A stretch of 64,000 nt of DNA, taken from Candidatus Brocadiia bacterium. Its GTDB lineage: Bacteria; Planctomycetota; Brocadiia; CAIUPP01. The translations under genes and the position numbers were made by a program. The stretch covers positions 1-64,000 of the forward strand of contig JBEKCB010000003.1 in assembly GCA_050015075.1 (NCBI GenBank). Reading direction: 5' to 3'. The notes under the pieces are model-generated. The model saw nothing but the letters and a program-made list of their open reading frames with translations, was not told the DNA's origin and did no database searches. Below are positions 9,101 to 17,572 of the stretch, in pieces. Each line of letters begins with the position of its first letter. Positions within the stretch are counted from its first letter, which is position 1.

Positions 9101-10770
9101 TCGAGTTCCGCATGCCCGCGAGCGAACGCCGGGCGTTCTCCCTGCTGGCGAGGCACAAGGAATACGCGCCGGCGCTGCTGCAGAATATCCCCCGCGATGC
9201 TCCGGCTGCGGTCGCCTTGTCCAAAGGCGCCACGGTCCTCTGCAAAGCACAAGGGGTGCCGGGATTCATGGAAGATCAGTGGCGCGTGGAACTCATCGTG
9301 GGTTCCCTCCAGATCGAAGGCAGCCGGTTCGGGAAGGACGGCACGGCGACGATCTCCAACGCGCCCGCCGGACCCGAGCGGGACATCCGCCTCCTGTCGC
9401 GCCAGGGCGTCGAGAACGTCGCCCGTATCGCGCTGAAGCCGGGCGAGACTGTAGAGGTGGACTTCGCGCATCCGCCCGGAACAAAGCTCAGCGGGGCGAA
9501 CGACATGGTGTTCTCGAAGGGGATCACGTTCCAGGGAACGGTGACCTATGCGGATACCGGCAAGCCGGCGCCCGGCATCACTGTGAAGTTTGCTCTTATG
9601 GAACATCACGACATAACGACCAGGACGGACACGCAAGGGGGATTCAAAATTATCTGGCCGCTTGAGGGTTCTGCGGGATCGCTCATTCTCCTGGCCCAGT
9701 CGGACGGCGAGCCGGCCGAGTGGTTCGGAGCGGTGCATGTTCGCAAAGAGAAGTTCATGTTCGGCGACCACTTTGAGGGCCTCCAAATCCTGCTGAAGAA
9801 GAGCCAGGCGGCGCGCCTGGCGGAGTGGCGCCGCGTGCCGGGCAGCGCGCGGGAGACCGGTTGCTCAGTCGCCGTGCTCGATAACGCCGACCCGGTGTAC
9901 AGCGGCAAGGCGCACTACGACAACACCTTTTCCGTCTACAACGCCGACGGGAAAATGATTTGGCAGGTGACGGGATTCAACATATGCGAAGATATCGGAG
10001 GTTCCCACGAACTCATCTGGAACGCGCGCGACCAGTCGCTTTGGGTGACGGAGAACGTGTCCCACGCGCTCAGAAAGTTCTCGCCCGACGGCAAGGCTCT
10101 GTGGGAGAAGAAGGATGCCAAGGCAGGGGCCATGGCGGCTGACCCGAAAACCGGCGGCGTTCGCGCGCTCCATGACGGCGGCTCCGTGGACATCGGCCCT
10201 GACGGCACACTGGGCGATCCTGTGAAAGGGGATGGATACGATATCGCGTACAGCGCCGCCGATGACTGCTTCTGGCTGGTCGGGAAGAAAGTGCTCAAGG
10301 TGTCGAGAAAAGGCGAGGTCCTTTACGAATCGCCCAAGCCTTTCCCGTGGTTCGCGGTCTCCGTCGCCGTCAATGACGAGGACGGTTCCGTCTGGGTCCT
10401 CGAGCGAGAGCATTCCCAGGTGTACGGGAGCCGGGATTACGTTCATGTCCTGAACCGCGACGGCAGCCCGCGCGGCGGCTTTCCCGTCCCGGTCGAATAC
10501 GGCGCGGTGTTGTACCTCGTTCTCGACGCGTCCGGAAACGCCGCATGGGTCGCCGGTTCCGACGGCGTGCGCAAGTTCAGCGCCGCCGGCGAAATCCTCT
10601 GCAGCGCGCCGCTGAAGGCCAACTCGCTGGCCGTGGAACCCGACACCGGCTATGTCTGGGCCGCAGGGCCGGACGGCGTCTATCGCCTGGATGCCGAGGC
10701 GCACTATCTCTGCGGCTGGTCGGGCCCGCGCGCGAGCTTCAAGCGCATCTGCGTCATTCCGGCTCATTAG
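6109..10770 (+). CDS. BlaR1-type M56 metallopeptidase sensor with carboxypeptidase-regulatory-like repeats and a C-terminal beta-propeller
   Basis: TM helices; ILLHELAHLRRKD; WFHPVVW..RERELIVD; repeated GRVxDxxGKPVAGA..TDxxGRF modules; NHL-like repeats at the C-terminus. Confidence 0.9.
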   Translation: MATFLAMMSRVSHAWLAWMWPMAWQAALMGLAVLGVALMARKASPRFRYFLWCLLLLKLCLPPSLAFVTGAGRWVLPKQAAAVSWAAPRSTAPTAPSPEGVAAPARPAPRAESEPAVSAHRAITPAAAPAARAAFHLSWPTALFGSWCFGVLALVFLFLVQHRRMGRLLAAARPVHDESVLRLLEEAKAALGISSRVTLVSVENLHSPILFGVLRPRIAIPRAALESLPPEQIRPILLHELAHLRRKDLWVSFIQLLVQVLYWFHPVVWLANRQLRRERELIVDDIVLAQLPGQRESYSASLLSIVKQGAQHQFFTPAYVGIVETAGTLAARLKRVLDTNRKLSLRLGWAGIILLLALGLVLIPQAHSQTKKENSATQAKQDLPAPTPLAQPQTAVLIKGTLLDDQGRPVAGARVTTMPMCEDAPLDPFKPDIDVTTDAEGRFGARVKEGDYFALGRKGLLTSDGGPWEERQWHVVAGKPMDHFTLHLKSGGRVTGTVTNLDTGAPIADAGVVAESGHTTATDAQGRFELVGLALSEHTLKVISPGRANTHQAINTTGKPDYDVKIEMARGFVVRGRVADEAGKPVAGALVADNYSGSTIHCSMQRCLTDADGRYELKSYPFTRKLWSMSVNHKDFASVTRGDLDPPAQGDVLTVDFTLGQGFAVDGDVRDEAGKPVKGALVSYSADQAYVLYQDTRTDENGHFRLGRISEAREDSICVLAKGFAPADQRAAPGKGDEVPHMDFTLSPGHNASGRVIDAAGKPVAGATIQALRPVSGQPRGSYFGPRIDTDAEGRFKLDSLPAQGVTADVWKQGYSAVRQAPITVDGETEIRMDPAGVIKGRVVDETTGQPVTSFNVRLDISRNTVEGRPFGSFAAYLRGRGQDCRADDGCFTIEELICRAAYVVVVTAPGYAETRLEEVIAQPEESRGWPLAIKLGKGVPFTGTVTDAQTGKPIAGADVLLIRSADPLRQVPLRVFEERDRYVFSSDLAQSDSEGRFEFRMPASERRAFSLLARHKEYAPALLQNIPRDAPAAVALSKGATVLCKAQGVPGFMEDQWRVELIVGSLQIEGSRFGKDGTATISNAPAGPERDIRLLSRQGVENVARIALKPGETVEVDFAHPPGTKLSGANDMVFSKGITFQGTVTYADTGKPAPGITVKFALMEHHDITTRTDTQGGFKIIWPLEGSAGSLILLAQSDGEPAEWFGAVHVRKEKFMFGDHFEGLQILLKKSQAARLAEWRRVPGSARETGCSVAVLDNADPVYSGKAHYDNTFSVYNADGKMIWQVTGFNICEDIGGSHELIWNARDQSLWVTENVSHALRKFSPDGKALWEKKDAKAGAMAADPKTGGVRALHDGGSVDIGPDGTLGDPVKGDGYDIAYSAADDCFWLVGKKVLKVSRKGEVLYESPKPFPWFAVSVAVNDEDGSVWVLEREHSQVYGSRDYVHVLNRDGSPRGGFPVPVEYGAVLYLVLDASGNAAWVAGSDGVRKFSAAGEILCSAPLKANSLAVEPDTGYVWAAGPDGVYRLDAEAHYLCGWSGPRASFKRICVIPAH

Positions 10771-10973
10771 GGCATCGCATTTTGAACACTGGGGGACGGG
10801 TTATCAGCGGAAGCCTTTCAGCGTTCGGCATTTCCCGGATGTCGCCGGCGTGCAGGTGAAGTCCGGCCAGGCGCGGCGAATTCCCGGCCGGCCGTCGAAA
10901 ACCGCTTGACACGGGGGCCTCAGCCGTTAGAAGATGACCTGTGACGGCCGCCCGAAGTGTGGAGGGCGGCTTC

Positions 10974-11180
10974 ATGGCAAACCCCGGTTATCAGTTGCGG
11001 AGGCGCGGGCCGATGGGAGAGCGATCTCTGAAGCTCATGCTGTTCGGCATTGCCTTGATCTGCTTCGGCGGACTTATGGAGTCCAATCACGCGACCAGCA
11101 TAAGCTGGCTCTATACTTCAGTTATGTTCGCGGGCTTAATAATCACGGTGGCCGGGGCATTGACGAAATCCGAGAAGTGA
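10974..11180 (+). CDS. Small hypothetical membrane protein (2 TM)
   Basis: Two hydrophobic segments; GGAGG upstream; TTGACA at 10906. Start uncertain. Confidence 0.45.
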   Translation: MANPGYQLRRRGPMGERSLKLMLFGIALICFGGLMESNHATSISWLYTSVMFAGLIITVAGALTKSEK

Positions 11181-11417
11181 ATAAGTAAGCCCCCTGCGCA
11201 CCGGCCTCTGGTTCTCCATCCGAACCTGCCGCGTCAGAACCGGCCCGATTCCGGCGGTTCAGTATTTACGGGAATCCACCGATAATAAGAGTGGAGGGAA
11301 AAGCGGCGATTTGGAGGCTAACGTGATTTTGCGGTATAATTAACGCAAAGCTAACGCGGCCTCCTGTCGGCTGGAGCGTTCCTCGGTTCGCTGAGGCTTG
11401 GCGCGGAGGATGGGCTG

Positions 11418-12236
11418 ATGGCCTGGGTCATCCTGGTGTTATGCGGCGTGCTCTTCGCCGCGTGCTGGGCGGCCGGGCTGTGGGTCGGCGGGCGGTCGAA
11501 GCCGGTGGCGCTGGCGGCCGCGGCGCTGACCTTCGGCATGATCGCGCTGCGCGTGCTCTTCCGGTTCCGGCCGGAGATCGAATATCCGCTGCTGTCATCG
11601 AACCTCTATTCCGCCATCCGTCCGTTGTGGGTATTCCCATTCGCCTTTATCAGTCTCGGCATCGGCGCGCGGCAGATGAGCCGCCGGCCGCTGCGCGCAG
11701 CAGCAGCGTTGGCGGCGCTCGCGCTGTGGGCGTTCGCGCTGCAGTTGCCCTGGGCTCGGGCGACTTTCGATCCGGGCAAGTATGCCGGCGCGCCCGACCT
11801 CAACGGCGTGTGCATGCAGACGCAGGACTTCACCTGCGGCGCGGCCGCGGCGGCGACGCTCCTGACGCAGATCGGGATTCGGACGGACGAGCGCGAGATG
11901 GAGCAGCTCTGCGGCGCCACGCCCGTCACGGGCACCGATGAAATCACCGTGTGCCGCGCGCTGCGGACAAGGCTGTCCGGAACCGGTTACTGCGTGACGC
12001 TCGATCGCCCCGGCCTGGATCATCTGGCCCGCTGCTTGAGACCGGTGCTGGTGCGGATCAAGTCGGACCTGTTGCGCGACCACTGGGTTGTGCTGCTGGC
12101 CATGAACGATCGGACAGCGATCCTCGCGGACCCGCTCCTGGGCAAGGTCCAGGTCCCCGTGGACGAATTCTGCGCGGACTGGCGCGGAATCGTCGTCGCC
12201 GTGGACGAGGCGCATCCGTCGTTTGCGATGCGTTAA
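11418..12236 (+). CDS. Membrane protein with C-terminal peptidase C39-like domain
   Basis: About 4 TM helices, then QTQDFTCGAAAAATLL ... DHWVVL ... LADP (Gln-Cys-His-Asp arrangement). Confidence 0.8.
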   Translation: MAWVILVLCGVLFAACWAAGLWVGGRSKPVALAAAALTFGMIALRVLFRFRPEIEYPLLSSNLYSAIRPLWVFPFAFISLGIGARQMSRRPLRAAAALAALALWAFALQLPWARATFDPGKYAGAPDLNGVCMQTQDFTCGAAAAATLLTQIGIRTDEREMEQLCGATPVTGTDEITVCRALRTRLSGTGYCVTLDRPGLDHLARCLRPVLVRIKSDLLRDHWVVLLAMNDRTAILADPLLGKVQVPVDEFCADWRGIVVAVDEAHPSFAMR

Positions 12237-12365
12237 ACGCCTTGCGCTCGCCGAGCGTGAAAGACTCCTCCAAAGTCGTCTCCCCTTCCCCACTATAATT
12301 CCGCACTCCGAACTCTGCACTGCGCGCCTTAGCGCTCCGTTGCGCTGGAAATGAAGGGTAGCACG

Positions 12366-12785
12366 TCGTGGGCATTGTGCATGCGTTTCGAGCCGCAAGC
12401 AGCCGGCCGCCTCGGGCCTGCTTATCAGATCACGTGTAATGAGGTACGACTGTGGCGTTTCAGAAGTGAGTTCCTTAATGCGCGCTCATCCCACGCAGCG
12501 CGCAGCCTCCCGAAGAGCGCGCTGTGAAGGCCCCTGCCCGGTGACTAGGTACGATACGTACCTAGCGTGGCGTTTAAGAAGCAGGTTCCTTAATACGCTC
12601 TCATTCCGCGCGGCGCAGCCGCCTCCCGAACAGCGGCCCACGGGCCCTGACTGATGACTAGATACGATACGTACCTAGTCCCTGGCAATGATGGGCAGGG
12701 CCTTGTGCATGCGTTTTCAGCCGCAATTCGCCAGTCGCCTGGGGGCTGCTGATCATATCACGGGCAACGAGGTGCTGGCGTTCCG
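12366..12785. repeat. Second cluster of the same repeat family, with palindromes in inverted orientation (12544-12566, 12657-12679)
   Basis: ACTAGATACGATACGTACCTAGT is the exact reverse complement of the copy at 720-742. Layout is A-B-P-B'-P-A'. The reverse complement of 12601-12661 matches 146-206 at 47/61 positions without gaps. Confidence 0.88.
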
Positions 12786-13035
12786 CAGGCCCGTTGCGAC
12801 GCCGTCAAGAGAATGCAAGGAAAGGGTGAGCATGAATTATCACCCTATTCGCCTGCTCCTCAAACTCCTCTAACTCAGCGGTTCTATCCTTCTCTTGAGC
12901 TGAGAGGAAACTGAAAACCGTTTGCCTGAAACGCGAAAGGAGGTCATGGGCAAGAGAACAATGGGCGGAATCGGGCGCGCGGGTGCGCGTCTCGCGTCGC
13001 ATTGGGCATTCCCGTCAAGAGAGAAGGAGAGATTT

Positions 13036-14319
13036 ATGCGTAGAGGCAGAATGGGCAGAGGCGCGTTTACGCTCATCGAACTGCTGGTGGTCTGCGGGAT
13101 CATCGCCCTGCTGGCGGCGATCCTGTTGCCGGCGCTGGGCCGCGCCCGCGAAGTGGCCAAGTCGGTCTCCTGCATGAGCAACCTGCACAGCATCGGACTG
13201 GCCTTGCATACGTACGTGGCGGCTTACGGAGATTACTACCCGATCGACTACCAGTACAATAACGGGGAGGGCGAGGGCCCGTCGAAGGGCGACGGCCTGA
13301 CGGCCGGCTACTTCCATTGGACGGCGGCCGTAGAACCCGACCAATACGCCTCCAGCGTCTTCTACGCCACCCAGAACGCCACGATGGGGACGAGCTTCCC
13401 TCCCTATCCGATGCAGGAGCCGAATTACGTCTGTCCTTCGCACACACCGCACGGATTTGCGCCGACGAACTTCACCAACCTTCGCATCCCCACGCCGCCG
13501 GTAGGACAGGTCAGCGAGACCCCGGCTGCTGGCGGCTATGCGGCGGTAGATGACAGGCAGGCGCCGCGGCTGAGCTACATCGCCAATGAGGCGATCATGC
13601 CGCGGAAGAAATACTGCGTCGACCATGATAATAACTATCTCAGCACGTATAACAGCTACGCCGACCCCCTCACACAGGCCGCCTACAGTTTCGCCAATTA
13701 TGACGTTTCCGGCACGTATAACTGGAACAACACGTCCAACCTCTGCCAGGTGCAGGAAGACGAGATCACGTCGCCTGCAACCACGATCCTGGTTGCCGAG
13801 TTCAGCCAGAACCCCGCGTGCATCTACGGCACTTCCGTCGGCGGCGGCTTGGCTTACAAGTCCCACCGCCCGGTCAACGCCGTCAAGATCGCCAGCGCCC
13901 AGCACATGACCGGGCCCGAGGTCAACGGCCTCCCAACCCCGGCAGCCGCCGACTTCAGGCTTTTCGACGGCGAGGAGTACGACACGAACCAGCAGTGGCA
14001 GTTCTACAAGCTGACCGTGACCGATGCCATGAACGACATCAACTGCGTGACGAACGGCACGACGACGTTCGGCAAGTATCCGGCAGCCGCGTATCTCGAC
14101 CACATCACGTATATTGACCCCAACGCCCACCTGACCGGCAGCAACTACCTCTTCGTGGACGGCCACGCTGCCCAGTACACTCTCTCGGCAACGTTGGACC
14201 CGAACAACTACCTGTGGGGCAGCAACATGTGGTCGGTCGTGAACAAACCGGTCATTCAGAACGCCACCGCGGACAACCCCGCCATCCCGACCGGCACTGT
14301 CGTTCCGACTTACCAGTAA
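13036..14319 (+). CDS. Prepilin-type N-terminal cleavage/methylation protein with H-X9-DG motif (DUF1559-like)
   Basis: [34 protein letters not shown]; C-terminal [13 protein letters not shown]; GAAGGAGA RBS before ATG 13036. Confidence 0.9.
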   Translation: MRRGRMGRGAFTLIELLVVCGIIALLAAILLPALGRAREVAKSVSCMSNLHSIGLALHTYVAAYGDYYPIDYQYNNGEGEGPSKGDGLTAGYFHWTAAVEPDQYASSVFYATQNATMGTSFPPYPMQEPNYVCPSHTPHGFAPTNFTNLRIPTPPVGQVSETPAAGGYAAVDDRQAPRLSYIANEAIMPRKKYCVDHDNNYLSTYNSYADPLTQAAYSFANYDVSGTYNWNNTSNLCQVQEDEITSPATTILVAEFSQNPACIYGTSVGGGLAYKSHRPVNAVKIASAQHMTGPEVNGLPTPAAADFRLFDGEEYDTNQQWQFYKLTVTDAMNDINCVTNGTTTFGKYPAAAYLDHITYIDPNAHLTGSNYLFVDGHAAQYTLSATLDPNNYLWGSNMWSVVNKPVIQNATADNPAIPTGTVVPTYQ

Positions 14320-14349
14320 CCTTCCGCGCGTAAACGCGTTCGTGAGGCA

Positions 14350-14388
14350 CGAGGCCCGGTTCCGAAAGGACCGGGCCTCGCCTTTTTC
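14350..14388 (+). terminator. Rho-independent terminator
   Basis: CGAGGCCCGGTTCC-GAAA-GGACCGGGCCTCG followed by CCTTTTT. Confidence 0.75.
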
Positions 14389-14522
14389 GCGGCGCCGGCT
14401 CATGGTTCTCCGCCGGAAGAGCCGGGCCGGCACAACATCTTTCCTTCAAAAGAAACTAGTGCGTTTCTAGCCTTGTCCTCACGAAGGCGCGGCATAATAC
14501 GATGCGGAAGGAGCGATACGAC

Positions 14523-15623
14523 ATGCCGCAACAGAAGCTGCCGCGACGCCCCGGATCCGCCGCGGGGTTCTCGCTGCTGGAATTACTGGTGGTCGTCGGG
14601 ATCATCGCCATCCTGGCGGCGATCCTGCTTCCGGCCCTCGGCGGAGCGCACGAACAGGGCCGCCGGGCGCACTGCCTGGCGAACCTCACCCAGATCGGCA
14701 AGGCGCTGGGAATCTACTCGAACGACTTCAACGAATATCTGCCCAGCCACGCCGGCTGGGGCCTGAGCGACTACACCTACTCGGTGGATGGCGGCAGCCT
14801 CACGCCGTACTTCGGCCAGCAGGGCCTGTCGCGGCACATGGTCATCGGCTATGGCGCCGCCGACGCGAACCCGAAGGTGGACCTGGCGCTCGGAAATATC
14901 AACTTCGAGCCGGTCGGCCTCGGCATCCTGGCCATGCGCGACAACCTCACCGGCGGCAGTTTGATCTGCCGTTCCATGCAGGATTCGCTGAACACCTACT
15001 ACGGCTCCGGTGTGTACCAGTATTCCACCATCGCTCTGAACGACATCGGCGGCAACGCGGGCTACCGGCCGCTGGTGGCCTCGGACGCGCGCAGTTTCTA
15101 CCACACCGATCTGGGCGGCGGCAACACCGTCACCGCGGTCCTCAGCAGCTACAGCTATCGCGACACACCGTTCTATTCCCGCCTGAAACCGAGCAATGCC
15201 CCGTTAGGCTGGACGTATAACAATGACTACCCGGACCTGTACGAACCGGTCTCGGGCTGGCTGGCGCAGTGGACGCTGAGCTTCACGCGCCCTGCCGTGC
15301 AGGCGCAATTCATGTGCCCGCCGTTCAAGACGATGCGCGCGCTGGGCGGCCGGTCCATCGCCTCCGACACGTTCGACTACGCGCCCGCCGGCGGCGGCGC
15401 CTTCACCGCCGGCCTCGGTACCCGCGACCACAAGGCCGGGTATAACGTCCTGTACGGCGACGGTCACGCCACATGGTTCGACGATGACAGCAAAATACTG
15501 AGCACCTGGAATAACTGGGCGGACCTGTTCAACCCCGGCAGCGACAACCTCACCATCAGCTCCGCCTCCAGCCAACTCGCCTGGAACCAATTCGATCGGG
15601 CGATGGGCATTGACTCTCCTTAA
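14523..15623 (+). CDS. Prepilin-type N-terminal cleavage/methylation protein with H-X9-DG motif (DUF1559-like)
   Basis: [25 protein letters not shown]; HKAGYNVLYGDGH; AAGGAG before ATG 14523. Confidence 0.9.
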   Translation: MPQQKLPRRPGSAAGFSLLELLVVVGIIAILAAILLPALGGAHEQGRRAHCLANLTQIGKALGIYSNDFNEYLPSHAGWGLSDYTYSVDGGSLTPYFGQQGLSRHMVIGYGAADANPKVDLALGNINFEPVGLGILAMRDNLTGGSLICRSMQDSLNTYYGSGVYQYSTIALNDIGGNAGYRPLVASDARSFYHTDLGGGNTVTAVLSSYSYRDTPFYSRLKPSNAPLGWTYNNDYPDLYEPVSGWLAQWTLSFTRPAVQAQFMCPPFKTMRALGGRSIASDTFDYAPAGGGAFTAGLGTRDHKAGYNVLYGDGHATWFDDDSKILSTWNNWADLFNPGSDNLTISSASSQLAWNQFDRAMGIDSP

Positions 15624-15652
15624 CGGGTCATCCCATGGCCAGCCGCTAGCCT

Positions 15653-17548
15653 ATGAAGACGACTCGACCCGCCCGCATCGCCGAAAACCCGCCGCCGGAA
15701 GCGCCGGCGCGTTCTTTCCTCGTCCGTCATCGGACGCTTTGGCCGGCCCTCTTGATCGTCGTCGCCGGCGGAGTGGCCTACGCCAACAGCTTGCGGGGCG
15801 TCTTTGTCTTTGACGACCTCCAGAGCATCATCTCCAATCCGGCGATCCGCAGTTTTCCGACGCCGGCGCGGTTTCTGGAGGACGGGAGGCCGGTCGTCTT
15901 CGCGACGCTCGTCCTCAACTACGCCTGGAGCGCCTCCAATCCCTGGAGCTATCACCTGGTCAACTTCGCGGTGCACGCGCTCGCGGGGCTGGCGCTCTTC
16001 GGCATCGTCCGGAGGACGCTGGAGCTGCCGGCGCCGGCCGGGTCCTGCGGCCCGTGGGCCGCGCCGATGGCCTTGACGATCGCCTTGCTGTGGATGGTCC
16101 ATCCGCTCCAGACCGAGTCGGTCACCTACGTCATCCAGCGCGCGGAATCGCTCATGGGGCTGTTTTATCTGTCGGCTTTATACTGCCTCATCCGGGGACA
16201 CGGTTCGCCGCATCCGCGCCGGTGGTACGTCGGCGCCGTGGCGAGTTGTCTCCTCGGCGCGGGCTGCAAGGAAGTCATCGTCACGCTCCCGGTGGTGGCC
16301 CTGGCGTACGACGCGCTGTTTCTGGCCGGTTCATGGCGGCAAAGCCTTCGCCGGCGCTGGGGCCTGTATCTGGGCTTGGCCTTGTGCTGCGGGCTGGCGG
16401 TTTTCCGCTTTGCTTTCCGCGCGGCTGACGCGGCATCCACGGCCGGATTCGGTATGAAGGGCGTGACGCCGCTGCAGTACGCGCTGACGGAGCCGGGCGT
16501 GATCCTGCACTACCTGCGGCTGAGTTTCTGGCCCTGGCCGCTGTGCCTGGATTACGCATGGCCCTTCGTCCGCTCTGTGGACGACGCGCTGCCGGCGCTC
16601 CTGGTCGTCGGCGTGCTGCTAGTCGTTTCTCTGGTCGGCGTCGTCTGCGGGCGGCGATGGGCATTTCCGGGTCTGGCCTTCTTCTGCATCCTCGCGCCGA
16701 CGTCCAGCGTCGTGCCGATCCAGGACGCGGCTTTCGAGCACCGCATGTACCTGCCGCTGGCGGCGGTGATGGCCGGCGCGGTCATCGCCGGGACCTGGTG
16801 CTGGAACCGCACATGGCCGCTGGCCACCGGGCGCTGGTCCAGCCGCGCGCTCGGCGGCGCGGTCGTCCTGGCGGTGGCCGGGTTCTGCTTCCTCACGGTC
16901 CGGCGCAACGCGGATTATCGCGATGAGGTCGTCCTCTGGAGACAGACGGTGCGCTGCGCTCCCCGGAACGCCCGCGCGTACGGCCGCCTCGGCGCCGCCT
17001 TGGTGCACCGACTGCCCGAGGACGCTCCGGCCGGCGACGAAGAGGCGCTGCACGTCCTGGACCAGGCCATCGCGCTTAAGCCCGATGACGCCGAGGCGTG
17101 GTATAATCGAGGCACTGCCTGCGCCAGGATCGGCCGCCCCGAAGAGGCCTTGCGCGATCTGGACCGGGCCATTGCGCTCAGACCCGGCGACGCCGATGCG
17201 TACTACAATCGCGGCAACATCCACCTGGACGCCAAACGCTACGCCGAGGCGCTCCATGATTACGACCGGGCCATCGCGCTGGAGCCCGACTACGCCGATG
17301 CCTGGTACAATCGCGCCAACGCTTGCGCGGCCGACGGCCGGCCGGCGGAAGCGGTCCGCGACTACAGCCGCGCGATCGAGCTGCGGCCGCAGGACCCGGA
17401 CGCTTATTACAACCGCGCCGTCGTCCGCAGGCGCTTGAAGCATGACGGCGATGCGCTCGCGGACTTCGAAATGGCCCGGAAACTCGGCAGGCCGGCGCCG
17501 GAGGAACTTCTGCGTTCCCTCCATCCCTCCGCGGAAGGGTTCCGCTGA
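15653..17548 (+). CDS. TMTC-like GT-C membrane glycosyltransferase with C-terminal TPRs
   Basis: FVFDD, YHLVNFAVH, VHPLQTESVTYVIQRAE, KE and EHRMYLP motifs, then repeated AWYNRG/N TPR units. Confidence 0.88.
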   Translation: MKTTRPARIAENPPPEAPARSFLVRHRTLWPALLIVVAGGVAYANSLRGVFVFDDLQSIISNPAIRSFPTPARFLEDGRPVVFATLVLNYAWSASNPWSYHLVNFAVHALAGLALFGIVRRTLELPAPAGSCGPWAAPMALTIALLWMVHPLQTESVTYVIQRAESLMGLFYLSALYCLIRGHGSPHPRRWYVGAVASCLLGAGCKEVIVTLPVVALAYDALFLAGSWRQSLRRRWGLYLGLALCCGLAVFRFAFRAADAASTAGFGMKGVTPLQYALTEPGVILHYLRLSFWPWPLCLDYAWPFVRSVDDALPALLVVGVLLVVSLVGVVCGRRWAFPGLAFFCILAPTSSVVPIQDAAFEHRMYLPLAAVMAGAVIAGTWCWNRTWPLATGRWSSRALGGAVVLAVAGFCFLTVRRNADYRDEVVLWRQTVRCAPRNARAYGRLGAALVHRLPEDAPAGDEEALHVLDQAIALKPDDAEAWYNRGTACARIGRPEEALRDLDRAIALRPGDADAYYNRGNIHLDAKRYAEALHDYDRAIALEPDYADAWYNRANACAADGRPAEAVRDYSRAIELRPQDPDAYYNRAVVRRRLKHDGDALADFEMARKLGRPAPEELLRSLHPSAEGFR

Positions 17549-17572
17549 TTTGCCGGAAGGAGAGCCCGTTCC

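Noticed and set aside
11340-11400. Possible c-di-GMP-I riboswitch (ACGCAAAGCT)
   Set aside because: The upstream GGCAAA / GNRA-tetraloop stem is missing; the region looks like a promoter (TATAAT at ~11335).
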